A stretch of DNA of 64,000 nucleotides from Azolla caroliniana (taxonomy: Eukaryota > Plantae > Polypodiophyta): assembly GCA_043228905.1 (NCBI GenBank), contig JBHGNT010000010.1, positions 2,728,001 through 2,792,000 on the forward strand. The letters run 5' to 3'. The translations under genes were made by a program, and so were the position numbers. Within the stretch, counting starts at the first letter, position 1, and the number at the start of each line of letters is the position of its first letter. Shown here one piece after another: positions 26,391 through 39,746 of this stretch. The notes beneath the pieces are model-generated. The model saw only the letters and a list, made by a program, of their open reading frames with translations, had not been told where the DNA came from and ran no database searches.

Positions 26391-27217
26391 GCCAATTTTT
26401 CTTTTGACTTCTTGTTTTGATCTTATATGGAGCCTAAATAATGACGACTTGTAATATAGAATTTATTTCAAATCAAAGTTATTTAGGCATTATAGAGGAT
26501 ATCTTAGTGAGATGCTCAGAAAAAAAGATTTGATCCACTTGTCTCCCCTTGATTCTCACTCACACTTGCGACTCGCGAACACACTTCATAGAGATCATCC
26601 ATTATAGTCATGACCCAAAACTTCCATCCATAAAGATCCTCTATCGTCTTAGTTATCACCTAAACTTCCATCCATGATGGGTGGGTGATCTAGTTAGCCT
26701 AAGGCCCCTTTGTCAAATCATGAGACATTACTACTAATGCATGTGCACATGATGTTATACATAAAGGTACATCTCAATTCACACCTTTCTCCCACATGTT
26801 AATGAATGTTCTTCATGAGGTTTAGAAGCACACTTATACTTGCATGTCAAGATTGGCAAGGAATGACCATTTACCATGTTGATGTAAGAAACTACTAAAC
26901 AAATCAAGAGGCCTTTTTCTTATTTAAAGCATTTGATGTACGTAGGATTTCCATTTATTTATTAGTGAAAAGTTTGCTTTCTTGTTTTCTTGAGGTGTTC
27001 TAAACTAAAAGCTTGGACAATACATTACAATACATTACCATACCATTATTCGTATAACTTAGTACCATTGTTATTTGGTTACATGTAGTGCGTGTAATAT
27101 TCAATTAAACAAGAGCATTCCACCAAAATAAGGTCCCTATATCAAATAAACGTTTTGTAAATACATATATACCTTTGTAAGACATCTATTCTAGTTCTCC
27201 CTATGTTGCTGACAACC

Positions 27218-27418
27218 ATTATTCAATCTATTTTAGGGTGAGATCCATGGATGAAACATTAAACACTGTCCTCAGCATATAACATGGCAACAGAATTTGA
27301 TTGCAATATAATTGCACAATTATTCAATCTATTTTAGGGTGAGATCCATGGATGAAACATTAAAACTTGTCCTCAGCATATAACATGGCAACAGAATTTG
27401 ATTGCAATATAATTGCAC
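27218..27418. repeat. 101-bp near-perfect tandem duplication
   Basis: ATTATTCAATCTATTTTAGGGTGAGATCC...ATAATTGCAC twice, differing only in one short patch. Confidence 0.92.
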
Positions 27419-29224
27419 TTTAAGCAATAAAAAAGAGCAAACTAATGTCAACTTTATTATATGACTTTGAGACACTCTCGCAGCAATATTCAGAACCTTT
27501 GAAATAAAATTTTAATAAAGCAAACAGAAATAATATCCACAAAAGAGCTTGCCATTACACTTGATGTTAGATATTTAATTACTCTTGTTAATGCAATCAA
27601 AGATGTTTTTGTACACCCAGCTTTGTGGCAAAACTTATCGTACTCATCAATGAAAGGAATCCAGGTTGCAGCCAGTATTTTATTAGCAAAATACTCATTT
27701 ATAATGCAAAATTGAAGGCTCTGATTTACTAAAACGTTAGGCCATTTGTTTATTGTCTATCACTACCTGAAAAATTCAAACATCTGAGTACTGTGACAAT
27801 TCCAGAAAGATGATTCACATAATGATGATGAACTCCAAAAACACTGGCCCAGCACAGGTCCTCAGCATTAGCCTCATGTATCATCCAAATCATCTGAGCA
27901 GTAAAAAAGTTGTATTACCGGCTATGGTATAAGATATTAATACTGCATTAGGTACCATCATCATCATCATCTGAAGAAGCCAAAACCCAAATTTCAAAAT
28001 TCAAATTGACCTCAATGGCAAGCCACCAAAATAAAGAATATTCTTGTGAACTCATTATGTTTATTTGCCAGTAGAAATTAAGGCCACATTTCAATTATCA
28101 CAGAAATCTCAAGGGTAAAGGGCATGCATAGATTCTCAATCAGATTATATGTAGGTAAGAGTCAAAATTAATCAATTTATTTGTTAGCAAAACCCAAGCA
28201 ACGTAATTAGTTCACTATGTTTATTAAGGACTTCAGATGTGAAAAACTAAGATGTTCGTTTCACCTTTGATGGAATAACTAACCCTCCATATGTGGTATT
28301 GCGTGGCATAAAAATCATTGCACTTGGTTCAGACCTCTTCAAAGGAATTCTGAGAATGAACTCGACACCAACCATCGGTACAACATTGTCATATTTTACT
28401 ATGGGCATAGGCATCCATTCGGCAACAAGACAGGATAAATTTCTGTCACTAATGTCGTGGATAGAATGTTCAAATCTATTAAATGAATTGTTCATCAATT
28501 CCTTACATATGCTTTACATATACTGATACAACAGGAACACAGTATGAAGCCAGCATCATCGCTATTTTCTTATAGATACCCATCATTACTACTATATCTC
28601 TAGCCCACGTCAAAGCCAGGCCTAATTCATTCAGAAATTACAATCCGTTGTAGTGGATTTCCTTTACAGAAAGTATAAGGGGCATGCCATTTTGCTTAAA
28701 AAAGAACCTGACTATAATTCTGTTCCCTTCTCAACTGTATATGCACATGAACCTGTGCATATGTAGATCGACGCATGTGTCTTTTGTATGTACGGGTTGT
28801 GCTTTTAGCAGTCAATTATGAACTTCTTTTGGAGAATATTGTGTGATTAGACCTTAATTTCAACCATGCCAATGAGTAAGATTTGTTCATTGCATTAAAG
28901 TTGTGATTGGCTAAAGGGATGTGCGATCCACATTTAAAATGTGGGAAGGACAGACTGACAACTGATGAGCTTCAAGTTTTAACATCCTCCCTATCTTCCA
29001 TCCCTCTCTCCTCATTCCTGTCTACTTCTCCTTCCTAAATCCTTTCTCCCACCACTTATTCTTGTCCCTCCTCTTGCTGCTCTGGCCTTTTCCCCTCATA
29101 TTCTTCCCTTGACTCCCTTCAGCTTCTTTTCCCTCGATCCTCTCTTCTCCATTCCTTTTGATTTCTCTCCCACTATTGGTTACATGTGTACATACACTAT
29201 ACAACTATAACATACATCTTTCAG

Positions 29225-29990
29225 TCTGCAATTTCATCCATCTGAGGACTGAAACAGGGCACTACACTTTGATGCTGTTAATAATTCTCTATGTTGGAAA
29301 GACTTCCTCCTCGATTAAAAATAACGAGAGTTTTCCTTTGATCTCCTTGATTGTTTGTTGCATTGTCCTCCGTCAGAAAGAACTCAGAAGTGTGGCTTGG
29401 CCAAACCTCAATTTACAAAAATTAGAGCTTGGTTTGCTATATTTTTAAGACTTGTATCATCTATTTTTCACATCATCAGTAATACAGAGAATAACCATGC
29501 TGGTTCATGATTGCCTAATTTTGAGTTAAGTTAGCTATCCCATTAATTCTTGTATCCATCACTTCTCTCAAGTTCAAGCTACTGATATATGGTGTGATCA
29601 AATTGTTAAGTAGTAACTTTGCTACCATCCCTTTGAGGACCAAAACAGGGCATTTCAGAGTGAATCACTACCCACTGATACTGCTAATAACTCGAAGTTA
29701 CAGGAACTTCATCTTGGATCAACAAATAACGAGTCTTTCCCTATGTTACCTTCGATTGTTTGTCATATTGTCCTCAATCAGAAAGAATTCAGAAGTGTGG
29801 CTTGGTCATACCTCAAATTATAACAATTAATCCTCGGTTTGCTTTACTTTTAAGACGTCTATAATCTATTTTCCACATAATCAGTACTCAAGAGAATGAC
29901 CATGCTGGTCCCTGAACTGCCTTATTTTGAGTTGAGTAGCTGTCCCATTACCTCTTGTACCCATCACTTTCGTCAAGTTCAACCTACAAA
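29225..29990. repeat. Old ~400-bp tandem duplication
   Basis: Collinear shared blocks TGAGGAC..AAACAGGGCA, TCAGAAAGAA.TCAGAAGTGTGGCTTGG, ACCATGCTGGT, CCATCACTT..TCAAGTTCAA. Confidence 0.85.
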
Positions 29991-30942
29991 TGAGTTGTTG
30001 CAATCAAATGATCAGGTCATCTTTCTACCTTCAGGATTTCTTTTGTTCTATATGAATTTATGACATTGCAGTATTGAAAACAACTTCCCACATTTGGAGT
30101 TGACCAGAGTATTTTTGAGATTTTTCTCCAACATCCATGCACTGCCATACACATCTTATCCATTGATTCCTAGTCTCAACTCAGAAGATTCTTGGCTGTG
30201 CATTGACCACATTTTCCCCTTCAAGCACCAGAGTCGTTTCAGGTTGCTGAAAGTTGTCCTTTTAAATCCATCCAGGGTTTTATGTATAGCATTTGATATA
30301 ACCTCACCCTTGATCAAATCTATACATCTTTTCATGCTTCTGGTCCCTCTTTTTAGGCTCTCTCCTCTACTTATGGACAGTGTATTTCATCTTATAAGTT
30401 TATCGATTGTGTTTCATTCTCTGCTTTGAAATGTTATTCCTTCCAACTCCATCCATTTTGAATACAAAAGTAGATGAGGAAATGGACAACGAAACAAATA
30501 ATTGCTTTTTCTAAGTTCCTTTAAGATTAATTCAAAAAATGTGCCAGACACAGATTTTTATTACATTAAGTGATTTTCTCATATGAACCAATGCACTCTT
30601 CCAGGTATAGTATCTATCATCTTAATTCCACAAATGCAGTATGACTTATGAATGCTGGAATGAGTAAAAATGCTGTGAATTGAAAATTGCAAATATGCAT
30701 CCAGTGCACAATGATGCATTTTTTCAGGAACATCTATTATGCTGATTCAGCAAATCCAATGAACTACTGATTCTTGAAAGTTCATCAATAATGAGCTTGA
30801 AAAACAAATGACTACATGAATTATTGCAAACTAGAACCGAAACATTTGTAGCTTGAAATGAGCTGCTATTTTTTTTTCCAAGTTCATCTATCATGAGTTT
30901 GAAGTGAAATGAGAATATGAAGAGTCCTAGGGAAAAACAAAC

Positions 30943-31414
30943 CTGTGGCCGGTATTAGAGAAATAAGCTTCCAAGCTCCTGCGTGTAAAGGAGGAAGCGG
31001 AATCATTGTAGAGGAGCATGTCGGAAGAAAAGCAGAGAGGCACCGCAAGCTGTGGAAAAAGGGAAAGAAAACGAGAATGGATAATGAAGAAGGAGAGAGG
31101 AAATTATTTTATACCAAAAACATATTCTTCATTAGTAGAAATTCTACATACATGACAAAATGATTAAACATAATTTTTTAGGAGGGAGGAATTTGTTAAG
31201 ATAAAAAGAGGGAACAAAACGCTAAGAAAGAGGCTGCGGGGGATTCTTACCTGAGATCTGCAGGACGAACGTGCCGACAATGATGAGGCAGAGAAGAAGA
31301 AGAAGAAGAAGAAGGAGGAGGCTTCGCGGGAAGGCGACGAATGGGAGAACGAAGTGAAGGAGATGATAGGGCGTCACAGCATCGCGACAGTCTGGAAGCG
31401 CAAGCTCTGGCCAT
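30943..31414 (-). CDS. Putative first two exons of an unidentified host gene (31414-31251, 31049-30943)
   Basis: CpG-rich patch, telo-box AAACCCTA near 31536-31528, GCCGCCATGG start, donor CAG|GTAAG, acceptor TTTTCCACAG, donor CAG|GTTTG. The frame stays open across both exons (MARACASRLSR...). Downstream exons unresolved; could be non-coding. Confidence 0.45.
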
Positions 31415-31657
31415 GGCGGCTGCCTGCCGTCTTCTTCTTCTTCTTCTTCTTCTGCTCCTTCCGTCCTTCGTGGATTGGTGGCGCTCAGAAGAACCTTCTA
31501 GACCGCAGGGGGAGCAGAAGACGCTTTCTAGGGTTTGCTTTCAATCGACTCGGGTTCGAATCTCGCTTCCCTTCATTTAGACGAGAAGCCTACTACCTAA
31601 CTCTTTCTACAATACAATATAACAATATAATCATAGATTGATAGAGGAGGCTAGTAC

Positions 31658-32492
31658 TAGCAATGGGCCCGGCTGCGGTTTCGGCTCGAACCGAACCGAA
31701 CCGTTAACCCATGGTTTAAAGGTTTATAAGTTCCAAAATAATTAAATGGTTTGGTTTGGTTTTAATTATTAATAAACAGTTCGGTTTGTTTTTGAAACTG
31801 GGGTTTATCATTTTATACGTTTAAATGGTTTCGGCTCAAACCGAATTGAACCGTTAGTCCATGGTTGAAAGGTTTACAAGTTCCAAAATAATTAAATGGT
31901 TTGGTTTGGTTTTAATTATTAATAAACAGTTCGGTTTGGTTTTGAAACCGTCGACCGACGTTTATCGTTTTATAGGTTTAAGTGGTTTGGTTTAAAGGTT
32001 TATGTAATTTGAAACTGGGGTTTATCGTTTCATAGGTTTAAAGGTTTATGTAAACGTTTTGGGCTAATTTTTTTTATCCCTTAAATATTTATGTAACGTA
32101 ATGGTTTAATTAATGTTTTTTATTGATTTAATTCACTTAACTTAAATGTTTATTTAATCTAATGGTTTAATTTAATGCTTATTTATTTATTTATTTTAAC
32201 ATAAATGCTTATTTAATTTAGTATATTTTTATTTAATTAATTTTTTAATTAGTTTGGCTTAAATGTAGTTAGGTTTAAACTTTTTATTAAATGGCTCGGT
32301 TTGGTTTTAACTTTTCCCTAAACGGTTATGGTTTAAACAGTTTGGCTTACCTTTTCTTAAATGGTTTGGCTTAATGACTTGAAAGTTCATAAACGGTTTG
32401 GTTTGGTTTGGTTTTTGTTTTATATAAATGGTTTGGTTCAATTCAGGTTGGTTTCAAGGCAAATAAATCAAACCGAATGGGGCCCATTGCTA
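31658..32492. mobile_element. hAT-like MITE, copy 2
   Basis: Perfect 13-bp TIR TAGCAATGGGCCC...GGGCCCATTGCTA, AACCG subterminal repeats, internal ~150-bp duplication (~31676-31990). No clear TSD. Confidence 0.85.
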
Positions 32493-32865
32493 CATGCTAC
32501 TAACTCTTATAGAATACAATAGAAGAGAAGTGATGTTCTTGTATGGGACCAAATTTGAAGCCAAATTTGATCTATAGGACCAAATCAACATATCATCTTG
32601 TATGTTACTTGAGGGTTACTACTACTTTTTAGCAAAAGCTCTCGATGTGAAAATGGTGTGAAAATAATGCATGCACATATGTGCTTACCCTTCTTGGTGA
32701 ACATTTGAGTACAAGACACTCACATTATCGTGCTTGTCTAACAAGTCATCATGTTTCTTGCGAATTACCTTTTACGTTGAGCATGAGATACATAAGTGAC
32801 GTTCATCCTCGACCAAGTTTTCATTGCATATCTTCATGTTTGCATGATGACTCCATGACGTTACC

Positions 32866-34236
32866 TCAACGCTTGACTTGTGTAAGTGATTCCAAGAAAG
32901 TGTTAAGGCTCTTCAAGAGCCAAGGCCCATTGGGGGTAGCGAGATGTGATTGGATACATTTCAACATTTTTCCCCTTATTTTGGGGCCAACAGTGGGGGT
33001 TAATATTTGCAATGCAATATTCCAATTTCGACATTTTAGCATCTTGACCACGTCATTCCTTAGTGCCCCTAATAATCTATCCTCAATCATCACATACTTC
33101 ATAGCATCATCTAAAAGCTCCAATAGGTCTTTCACACCCCTAAACCCCACCCCATCTTCATAGCCATTAGTTTTTTGTGCCTTGCATCCTATGTTCCAAG
33201 TTTATTTGGGCAATCAATGACCACAATTTCTTGAATATTGTAATATACTTGAAATACTCTTTGCATGGTTAGTACCTCTATGGGTTGAGCACCTATTTCT
33301 AATAACATGATAGGATAGGGTGTTGAGGATTTTACCCCCAATTGTCTATGTAAGAACATTTTTGGGATTTTCTCTATTTCATTCCATGCACTAGTGAGTC
33401 AATGCCACCCCACACTTCCACTCCACAAAGCAACACTTGGACCACCATAGAATTGAATAACATCAATCTCCAATCCCACCCTCGAGTATCACTTTGATTG
33501 CACTAATTCTCAAACATATAATAACTATTCCAACCGGCTTGAAATCTAGAATCATGGGATACATTCCACCTATTTGTCAATGGGACATTAACGGCAACAT
33601 ATTTGAAGCTTTGCATTAATTTTATTGGTTCTCCCTTGTGTGTAAAGATGGGGTAGTGTCTTGGTTCCATTGCCTTTATTGTCATCATTTTCGTTTTGTC
33701 CACATTAACAATTAGCCCATTGATTTGATTGAATGTGTCCAATATATCATTGTAAGTGTTGCATATCATCCAAATTATATGAGAATAAAACGTCACCAAC
33801 ATATCGAGTATAACAATAAGCTCATGCATGAGTTTTTGCCCATCAAATTCTTCGTCTTTTACAAGTTGAACTCTCTTTACTATTTCTTCAAGTTTATCGA
33901 TGCATAGACCAAAGAGTGTAGGAGAGAGTGGGCACTCTTGCTTGACCCCCATGTTGCTCAAAAAGTACTTTGAGAAACCATTATCCATTTTCAATTGGCA
34001 CCTACCTTGGTCATACAATTGAGCTACAACTGTTGAATATTTTGTCATACAATTGAGCCACAAAACAACAACATTGCATTTTCTTCCATGATCGATAGCT
34101 GAATATTTTGTCCTAAAGCATGCTAGACCAAGTGCTCGTTTGTGATGATGTTAGCTACTCTTTTGGTCCATGATAGTGTTATATAACTTGACCATAACCG
34201 AGCTAACCATGATAGTTCGATAGTTGGATACCAAAT
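32866..34236 (-). mobile_element. Degenerate LINE, RT and C-terminal part
   Basis: NYRTIMV, GVKQECPLSPTLFGLCID, VNVDKTKMM, FKY motifs. Continues on the far side of Copia H. Confidence 0.8.
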
Positions 34237-35342
34237 TGTAAACGTAAGTGTTTGCGGAAGCGTAAAACAGAGAACAACACACACACACACAGAGAGAGCG
34301 AGCGAGAGAGACAGAGAGAGCATAACACAATTTCAAAATTATATCAAGACTCTGTACACACACTGTGCTAAGTAGCACTATTTATACAAGTCCTTTTGGG
34401 ACTGACAGAAGTACCATGTACTTCAATGCTCACACGAGCATCTGACACTTACTACGAGACTATAGCTACCTAGTAGTCTATCCTATACTAGGCTTCCGAT
34501 TGGACTTCCGGTTACGGATTACACCCGGCCTCCACTGCTTGCCGGTTCGGTTGCTCACCATAATACCGATCCGTTTCGCCCGATCCGTCTCGCTTATCGG
34601 CTCCGGCTTATTCAGCCGATCCGGCTCCGGTTGAGCTTGCCGCTCAACACTCCCCCTCAAGCTCAACTTGAGGTGGGGTCGTAGTGTCAACCTCTGTGGC
34701 AGTCGGTTCTTCCAAACGACTTCTCCTGGCGTCACTCCGCCTTGCTCGCGCTCCTCATCCGGTCCGGTCTCGTTTGCCGTCCCTTTGGTTCTGCGCGCCT
34801 CGACCCTCTCGGTCGGCATGTCTGCTCAATAGGCCCATCTCAGCACTCACGTTGCTGTGACTCCTGTTAAGAGTCTATTACTAATCAATAGACCAAATCA
34901 AGTAAAAAGGAAGAAAATAGATTGGATAGAAGAACCCGTTCCACCCGACCACCCCCGAGCTATGATCTAGACATAGCCAACCTACCACCGACGTCCCATA
35001 CCGCCGGATATTAGGATGACTAATACCTTGGAAGAGATAAACACGATCGTCGAGACGAAAGCCTAGCCTGCACCACCGGTGTCTACGACAGCAGCCTTCC
35101 GACGTCATCCCTATGAGGGTAGCTAAGCCTCATATTTATACCTTTTCCTAGGCCCCTTGAATAGATGTGCCTTTCTAAAAGGCTCTCTATTCATTGGTTG
35201 TCTAAATCATGATAGTGCATGCACATATCATTCATTCTATCCAATCATTAGTCCCCTTTTTAATAATAGTGAACATACCCTTCACTAATGTAAATATTAG
35301 TGACCTACCCTCACCAACGTTATGTGTACATAACATACTCCC

Positions 35343-38300
35343 CTACTTCAAAAGATTGCACTCTTGCAATATAAAGTGAGGAAATTGTGCCTTAAGCGAA
35401 TGCTCGCGTTCCCATGTGGCATCATCAATAGGTTTATCCATCCATTTGATCTTGAATAGCCGAATCTCTTTAGAACGTAAACGTTTAGTACGAGAATCAA
35501 GAATTCGTTCAGGAACATGAGGTTTGTAAGAAAAATCCTCTAATGTTACAAGATCTTGGATTGTGATGGTGTTATCACCAGAGCCTAAAAATGGTTTTAG
35601 ACGACTAACGTGAAAAACAGGATGAATACCCACGTTACGAGGTAAGGCAAGGTGATAAGCAGATGACCCAACTCGCTTAAGGATTTCAAATGGGCCACAA
35701 TATCGTGGGGCTAACTTAGCGCACTTGCCCGTAGATAATGACGTAGAATCAGTCGGGACACGCAAAAAAACTTTTTGACCAATAGTAAATGCACGAGGAC
35801 GTCTATCCTGATCAGCATAAAATCGAGCACGATCTTGAGCTGTCTTGACATTTTCTTTGGCAATATGCAACATTTGGTTCATGTCTTGCAAAAAATTGCG
35901 TGTACTGTCTAATGTATCACGATGAATCGTGACATCAACTGGGGCACGTGGCTGAAAACCATACATCAACATAAAAGGACTATATCCAGTGGATGTATGT
36001 TTAGAGCTATTATAGGCAAATTCTAAGATAGGAAGGTATTGCTCCCACTTAGAAGGGGTTTTTGCTACATAAGCTCGAAGCATGTCCTCAATAATTTGAT
36101 TAACTCGTTTAGTTTGTCCATCAGACTGAGGATGATCTGCGGAACTCATGCTCAACGTAGTTTCTAGTTTCTTAAAGACCTGAGTCCAAAAGTCACTAGT
36201 AAACTTGGAATCTCGATCACTAACAATATCCATCGGTAATCCATAAAAACGAAATAACTCATCAACAAATTGATAAGCCAACTGTCGAGCGGTTACCGTG
36301 GTTTTTGTAGGAATAAATCTAGCTAATTTTGTTAGCCTGTCAACGACAACCCATATGGCATCATGACCCCTCTGTGTACGAGGTAAACTAACAATAAAAT
36401 CCATCGAGATACTTTCCCATTTATTGTTGGGAATATCTAAGGGATGTAAAAGACCAGTAGCTTTAAGTCGTTCCGACTTATTAATCTGACATTGTAAGCA
36501 TTGAGTTACGTATTTATGCACGTCAGAGCGCATCTTAGGCCAGAAAAAAGTACACGAGATGAGAACGAGTGTGCGTTGTATTCCAGGATGACCAGCAGAT
36601 GGTGCATCATGACATTCATGAAAAAATTTCTGTTTAACATTTGGTAAATCTGGAACACAGATCTTTCCACTACGGTAGAGCAAACCGTTTGTAATGTGAA
36701 AGGTCGCCTTCGAGGGTAGGGTGCTAGTATCGGCATCTAAACCAGATTCGGCTTTCGTCCAGTATTTTGAGAAATAACTGTCATCAAGGTATTTCCCTCG
36801 AAGGTGATCTAAAAGATCAGATTTTATTTCCGTGAAGCTAAGCATGTTAACTTCTTTAATGCGACTAAGAGCATCAGCAACGGTGTTCATAGAACCCTTG
36901 CGATATCGTATGGAAAAATCAAAATCTTGCATAAGGTCAGCCCAACGGCCTTTACGACCAACAAGATCGGGCTGGTCACAAAAATACTTTAATGATTGAT
37001 GGTCTGTTGTAACCACAAATTTATTTCCATAGAGATAGTGCCTCCATGTTTTAAGTGCGTGTATCACCGCAAACAACTCTTTCTCTTGAACCGAATACCG
37101 AGATTGAGCAGCATCAAGCTTCTTACTTTCAAAAGCAATAGGGTGACCACCTTGATAAAGAACGGCACCAATAGCATAATCACTAGCATCGGTTTCAATT
37201 GAGAAAGGCTTAGAAGGGTCTGGTAATAGAAGAGTGGGAGCCTGACACACATGCTCCTTGAGTGTCTCAAATGATTTGTCAAGTTTTTCATTCCATGAAA
37301 TTGGTTTGACAGACTTACGTGGATGACCTTTTAAAAGATCAGTTAATGGCGTAGTCAATTTGGAATAGTTACGAATTGATTTTCGTAAAAATCCAACAAA
37401 CCCTAAGAATGATCTAAGTTCACGAATATTACGAGGAATGGGCCAAAGTTTAACCTTTTCAATACGAGAAGGTTCAATTTCAACGCCCTTTTCTGTAATT
37501 AAATGACCTAGGTACACAATAGATTTTTGGAAGAAGTCACATTTTGAATGTTTTGCATAGAAAGAGTTGTCACGCAACTTTCGCAAAACAAATCGAACAT
37601 GTTGAACATGATCTTGCAAGGTACGGCTATATATCAAAATATCATCCAAGAAGACGACAACAAAATCACCGAGTTGATCTCGGAAAACATCATTCATCGC
37701 TTGTTGGAATGTGGCTGGAGCATTAGTCAACCCAAACGGCATGACTAAAAACTCATAATGGCCATAGCGCGTACGAAAAGCGGTTTTAGGAATATCATCC
37801 TCGGCGATGCGAATCTGATGATAACCAGTTCGTAAGTCAATTTTCGTAAAATATCGAGCCCCGTGCAAACGATCAATCAAATCATCGGCACGAGGTAATG
37901 GATATGCATTCTTAATTGTCATTTTATTCAAACGGCGATAATTGATACACATTCGCCACGAACCTTCCTTCTTCTTGACTAATAGAACTGGCGCACCCCA
38001 AGGTGATTTACTATACCTAATGTGGCCCATACTCAAGTATTCCTTAAGTTGTTTAGCGATCTCATCCTCTTCTAATCGACTAAGTCGGTAAGGTGGAATG
38101 CTCACAGGAGCAGCCCCAGGGATGAGTTCAATTTGATGGTCCACATTACGTTTAGGTGGTAAAGTAAGCGGTAATTCAGTAGGAAACACATCTTGAAAAT
38201 CCTCTAAAATAGAGTCGAGTAATCGTTGCTCAAAATGTGGTAATTGTGTGGCGTCAATATTAAAATAATAAAATTGAACCGCAGGATCAATTACACACGA

Positions 38301-39746
38301 ATAAATTAATGAACTAGAATACTCACTTAAAGATTTAGAAGACACAAGTGAATGAGAAGGAAGTTTGGAACATTGAATAAAATGTTTACAATTATTAAGT
38401 TCAAATGTGATTGAGTGATTAACCCAATCAATGGACAAAGAAGGGTTTTTATTAAAAAACCAAGGATATCCTAAAATGACATCTGCGGATTGTAATTTCA
38501 TAACATGAAAGTCAAGCTTCTCCAAATAAGTATCTATTTGAATTGGCAGTTGACAAACAATGCCACTGATGTATTGAACGTTTCCATTTGCCATGTGAAC
38601 TTGATAGATATGATCACTTGCGTTTATGTGGAGCTCCATTTGCTGCACAAAGTGATCATTAAGAAAATTGTGAGAACTACCAGAATCAAACAAGAAATGT
38701 GCTTGTGTTCCATTGATATATCCGACTGCTCGGAGTAAATCATTAGGTCCAAGTAAATGTGAAGGAAAAGTGCATTCACATAAACTTAAGTGATTGGTAT
38801 GAACTTCAACAATATCAAAAGACTCACCTGTGTGACTCGTAGATTTGTCTTGAGGAGGGGTGTTCATTGACTTCCTCTCAAGACGACGACAGGTATCCTT
38901 TGTGTGGCCCCGCTTCTTGCAATATGCACAGAAGAGGTTCGGTTTCTTTGAGTCGCGGTCAAGAGTGTCACTGGATTGCTTACGTTTCCCAATGAACTTG
39001 ACATTCGGAGTTTTGGCGAACTCAGGTTTATTGTGGTCTTTCTTGGAAGTCCTATGGTATCGCAGCACAATGTTGACGGCTTCCTCGAAAGTTGTGGGGT
39101 CCTTGTCATGGACAATCCAATGATAATCCCCATTGGGAATACCATTCAAAAAACAAGCGACAAACCATTTCTCACCCGTAAGTCCCGATTTTTGGATCTG
39201 GGTCCGAGCGTGATGCACATAATCCTCGAGAGAGGTAAATGGCTTACTAGACAATGTGAGCAAGTGTTGCGCTTGTTCGGTTTGAGAAGGTGGCTGCAAG
39301 AATTGTTTCTTAAAAACATCAACGAAACCTTCCCAAGTTGTGGGTAAGTTTTTTGCGGTCCTTAGGCCACGCCACCAAGTAGCAGCTCGGCCACCTAACT
39401 CACGACCGACATAACCAATTTTTACTGCATCGGGCTTGGGATGAAGCTCAAAGTGAGACTCCCAACGACCAAGCCAAGTGCTAATAGCCTCCTCGGTTCT
39501 TTCTTTCTTATCTCCCTTGAAAGGCGTGACTACGAAGGAAGGTTCACCTTCTTTCTTGGACTCAATAGTTAATTCTTGGAATTTCTTTTCCAATGCCATA
39601 TTGGCCTGTCTCATTTCGGCCAATTGATTCAAGGTAGTAGTGAGCAATTGCTCAATAGTGATCTCAGCTTGTGTGCGAGATGCGGATTGGGGTTGAGAGG
39701 TCTCATTTGAAGAGATCGTTCCAACTGCGTTCAAAACTTGTTCCAT
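35343..39746 (-). CDS. Gag-Pol polyprotein, 1467 aa (gag, CCHC, PR, RT, RNase H, IN, chromodomain)
   Basis: Uninterrupted ORF with [43 protein letters not shown] and KIKW..DATWE. Confidence 0.95.
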   Translation of the reverse strand: MEQVLNAVGTISSNETSQPQSASRTQAEITIEQLLTTTLNQLAEMRQANMALEKKFQELTIESKKEGEPSFVVTPFKGDKKERTEEAISTWLGRWESHFELHPKPDAVKIGYVGRELGGRAATWWRGLRTAKNLPTTWEGFVDVFKKQFLQPPSQTEQAQHLLTLSSKPFTSLEDYVHHARTQIQKSGLTGEKWFVACFLNGIPNGDYHWIVHDKDPTTFEEAVNIVLRYHRTSKKDHNKPEFAKTPNVKFIGKRKQSSDTLDRDSKKPNLFCAYCKKRGHTKDTCRRLERKSMNTPPQDKSTSHTGESFDIVEVHTNHLSLCECTFPSHLLGPNDLLRAVGYINGTQAHFLFDSGSSHNFLNDHFVQQMELHINASDHIYQVHMANGNVQYISGIVCQLPIQIDTYLEKLDFHVMKLQSADVILGYPWFFNKNPSLSIDWVNHSITFELNNCKHFIQCSKLPSHSLVSSKSLSEYSSSLIYSCVIDPAVQFYYFNIDATQLPHFEQRLLDSILEDFQDVFPTELPLTLPPKRNVDHQIELIPGAAPVSIPPYRLSRLEEDEIAKQLKEYLSMGHIRYSKSPWGAPVLLVKKKEGSWRMCINYRRLNKMTIKNAYPLPRADDLIDRLHGARYFTKIDLRTGYHQIRIAEDDIPKTAFRTRYGHYEFLVMPFGLTNAPATFQQAMNDVFRDQLGDFVVVFLDDILIYSRTLQDHVQHVRFVLRKLRDNSFYAKHSKCDFFQKSIVYLGHLITEKGVEIEPSRIEKVKLWPIPRNIRELRSFLGFVGFLRKSIRNYSKLTTPLTDLLKGHPRKSVKPISWNEKLDKSFETLKEHVCQAPTLLLPDPSKPFSIETDASDYAIGAVLYQGGHPIAFESKKLDAAQSRYSVQEKELFAVIHALKTWRHYLYGNKFVVTTDHQSLKYFCDQPDLVGRKGRWADLMQDFDFSIRYRKGSMNTVADALSRIKEVNMLSFTEIKSDLLDHLRGKYLDDSYFSKYWTKAESGLDADTSTLPSKATFHITNGLLYRSGKICVPDLPNVKQKFFHECHDAPSAGHPGIQRTLVLISCTFFWPKMRSDVHKYVTQCLQCQINKSERLKATGLLHPLDIPNNKWESISMDFIVSLPRTQRGHDAIWVVVDRLTKLARFIPTKTTVTARQLAYQFVDELFRFYGLPMDIVSDRDSKFTSDFWTQVFKKLETTLSMSSADHPQSDGQTKRVNQIIEDMLRAYVAKTPSKWEQYLPILEFAYNSSKHTSTGYSPFMLMYGFQPRAPVDVTIHRDTLDSTRNFLQDMNQMLHIAKENVKTAQDRARFYADQDRRPRAFTIGQKVFLRVPTDSTSLSTGKCAKLAPRYCGPFEILKRVGSSAYHLALPRNVGIHPVFHVSRLKPFLGSGDNTITIQDLVTLEDFSYKPHVPERILDSRTKRLRSKEIRLFKIKWMDKPIDDATWEREHSLKAQFPHFILQECNLLK

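Noticed and set aside
27822-27897. Box C/D snoRNA (ATGATGA...CTGA, plus strand)
   Set aside because: No terminal stem or recognisable rRNA guide, and antisense to the putative host. A snoscan/Rfam search would settle it.
30094-30429. Host exon on the plus strand
   Set aside because: CIDHIF and AFD traces point to a very decayed LINE RT; too weak to annotate.
34881-35108. Identical 75-aa ORF present twice (also 41514..41741)
   Set aside because: It lies within the two LTRs of element I; no sign of coding function.
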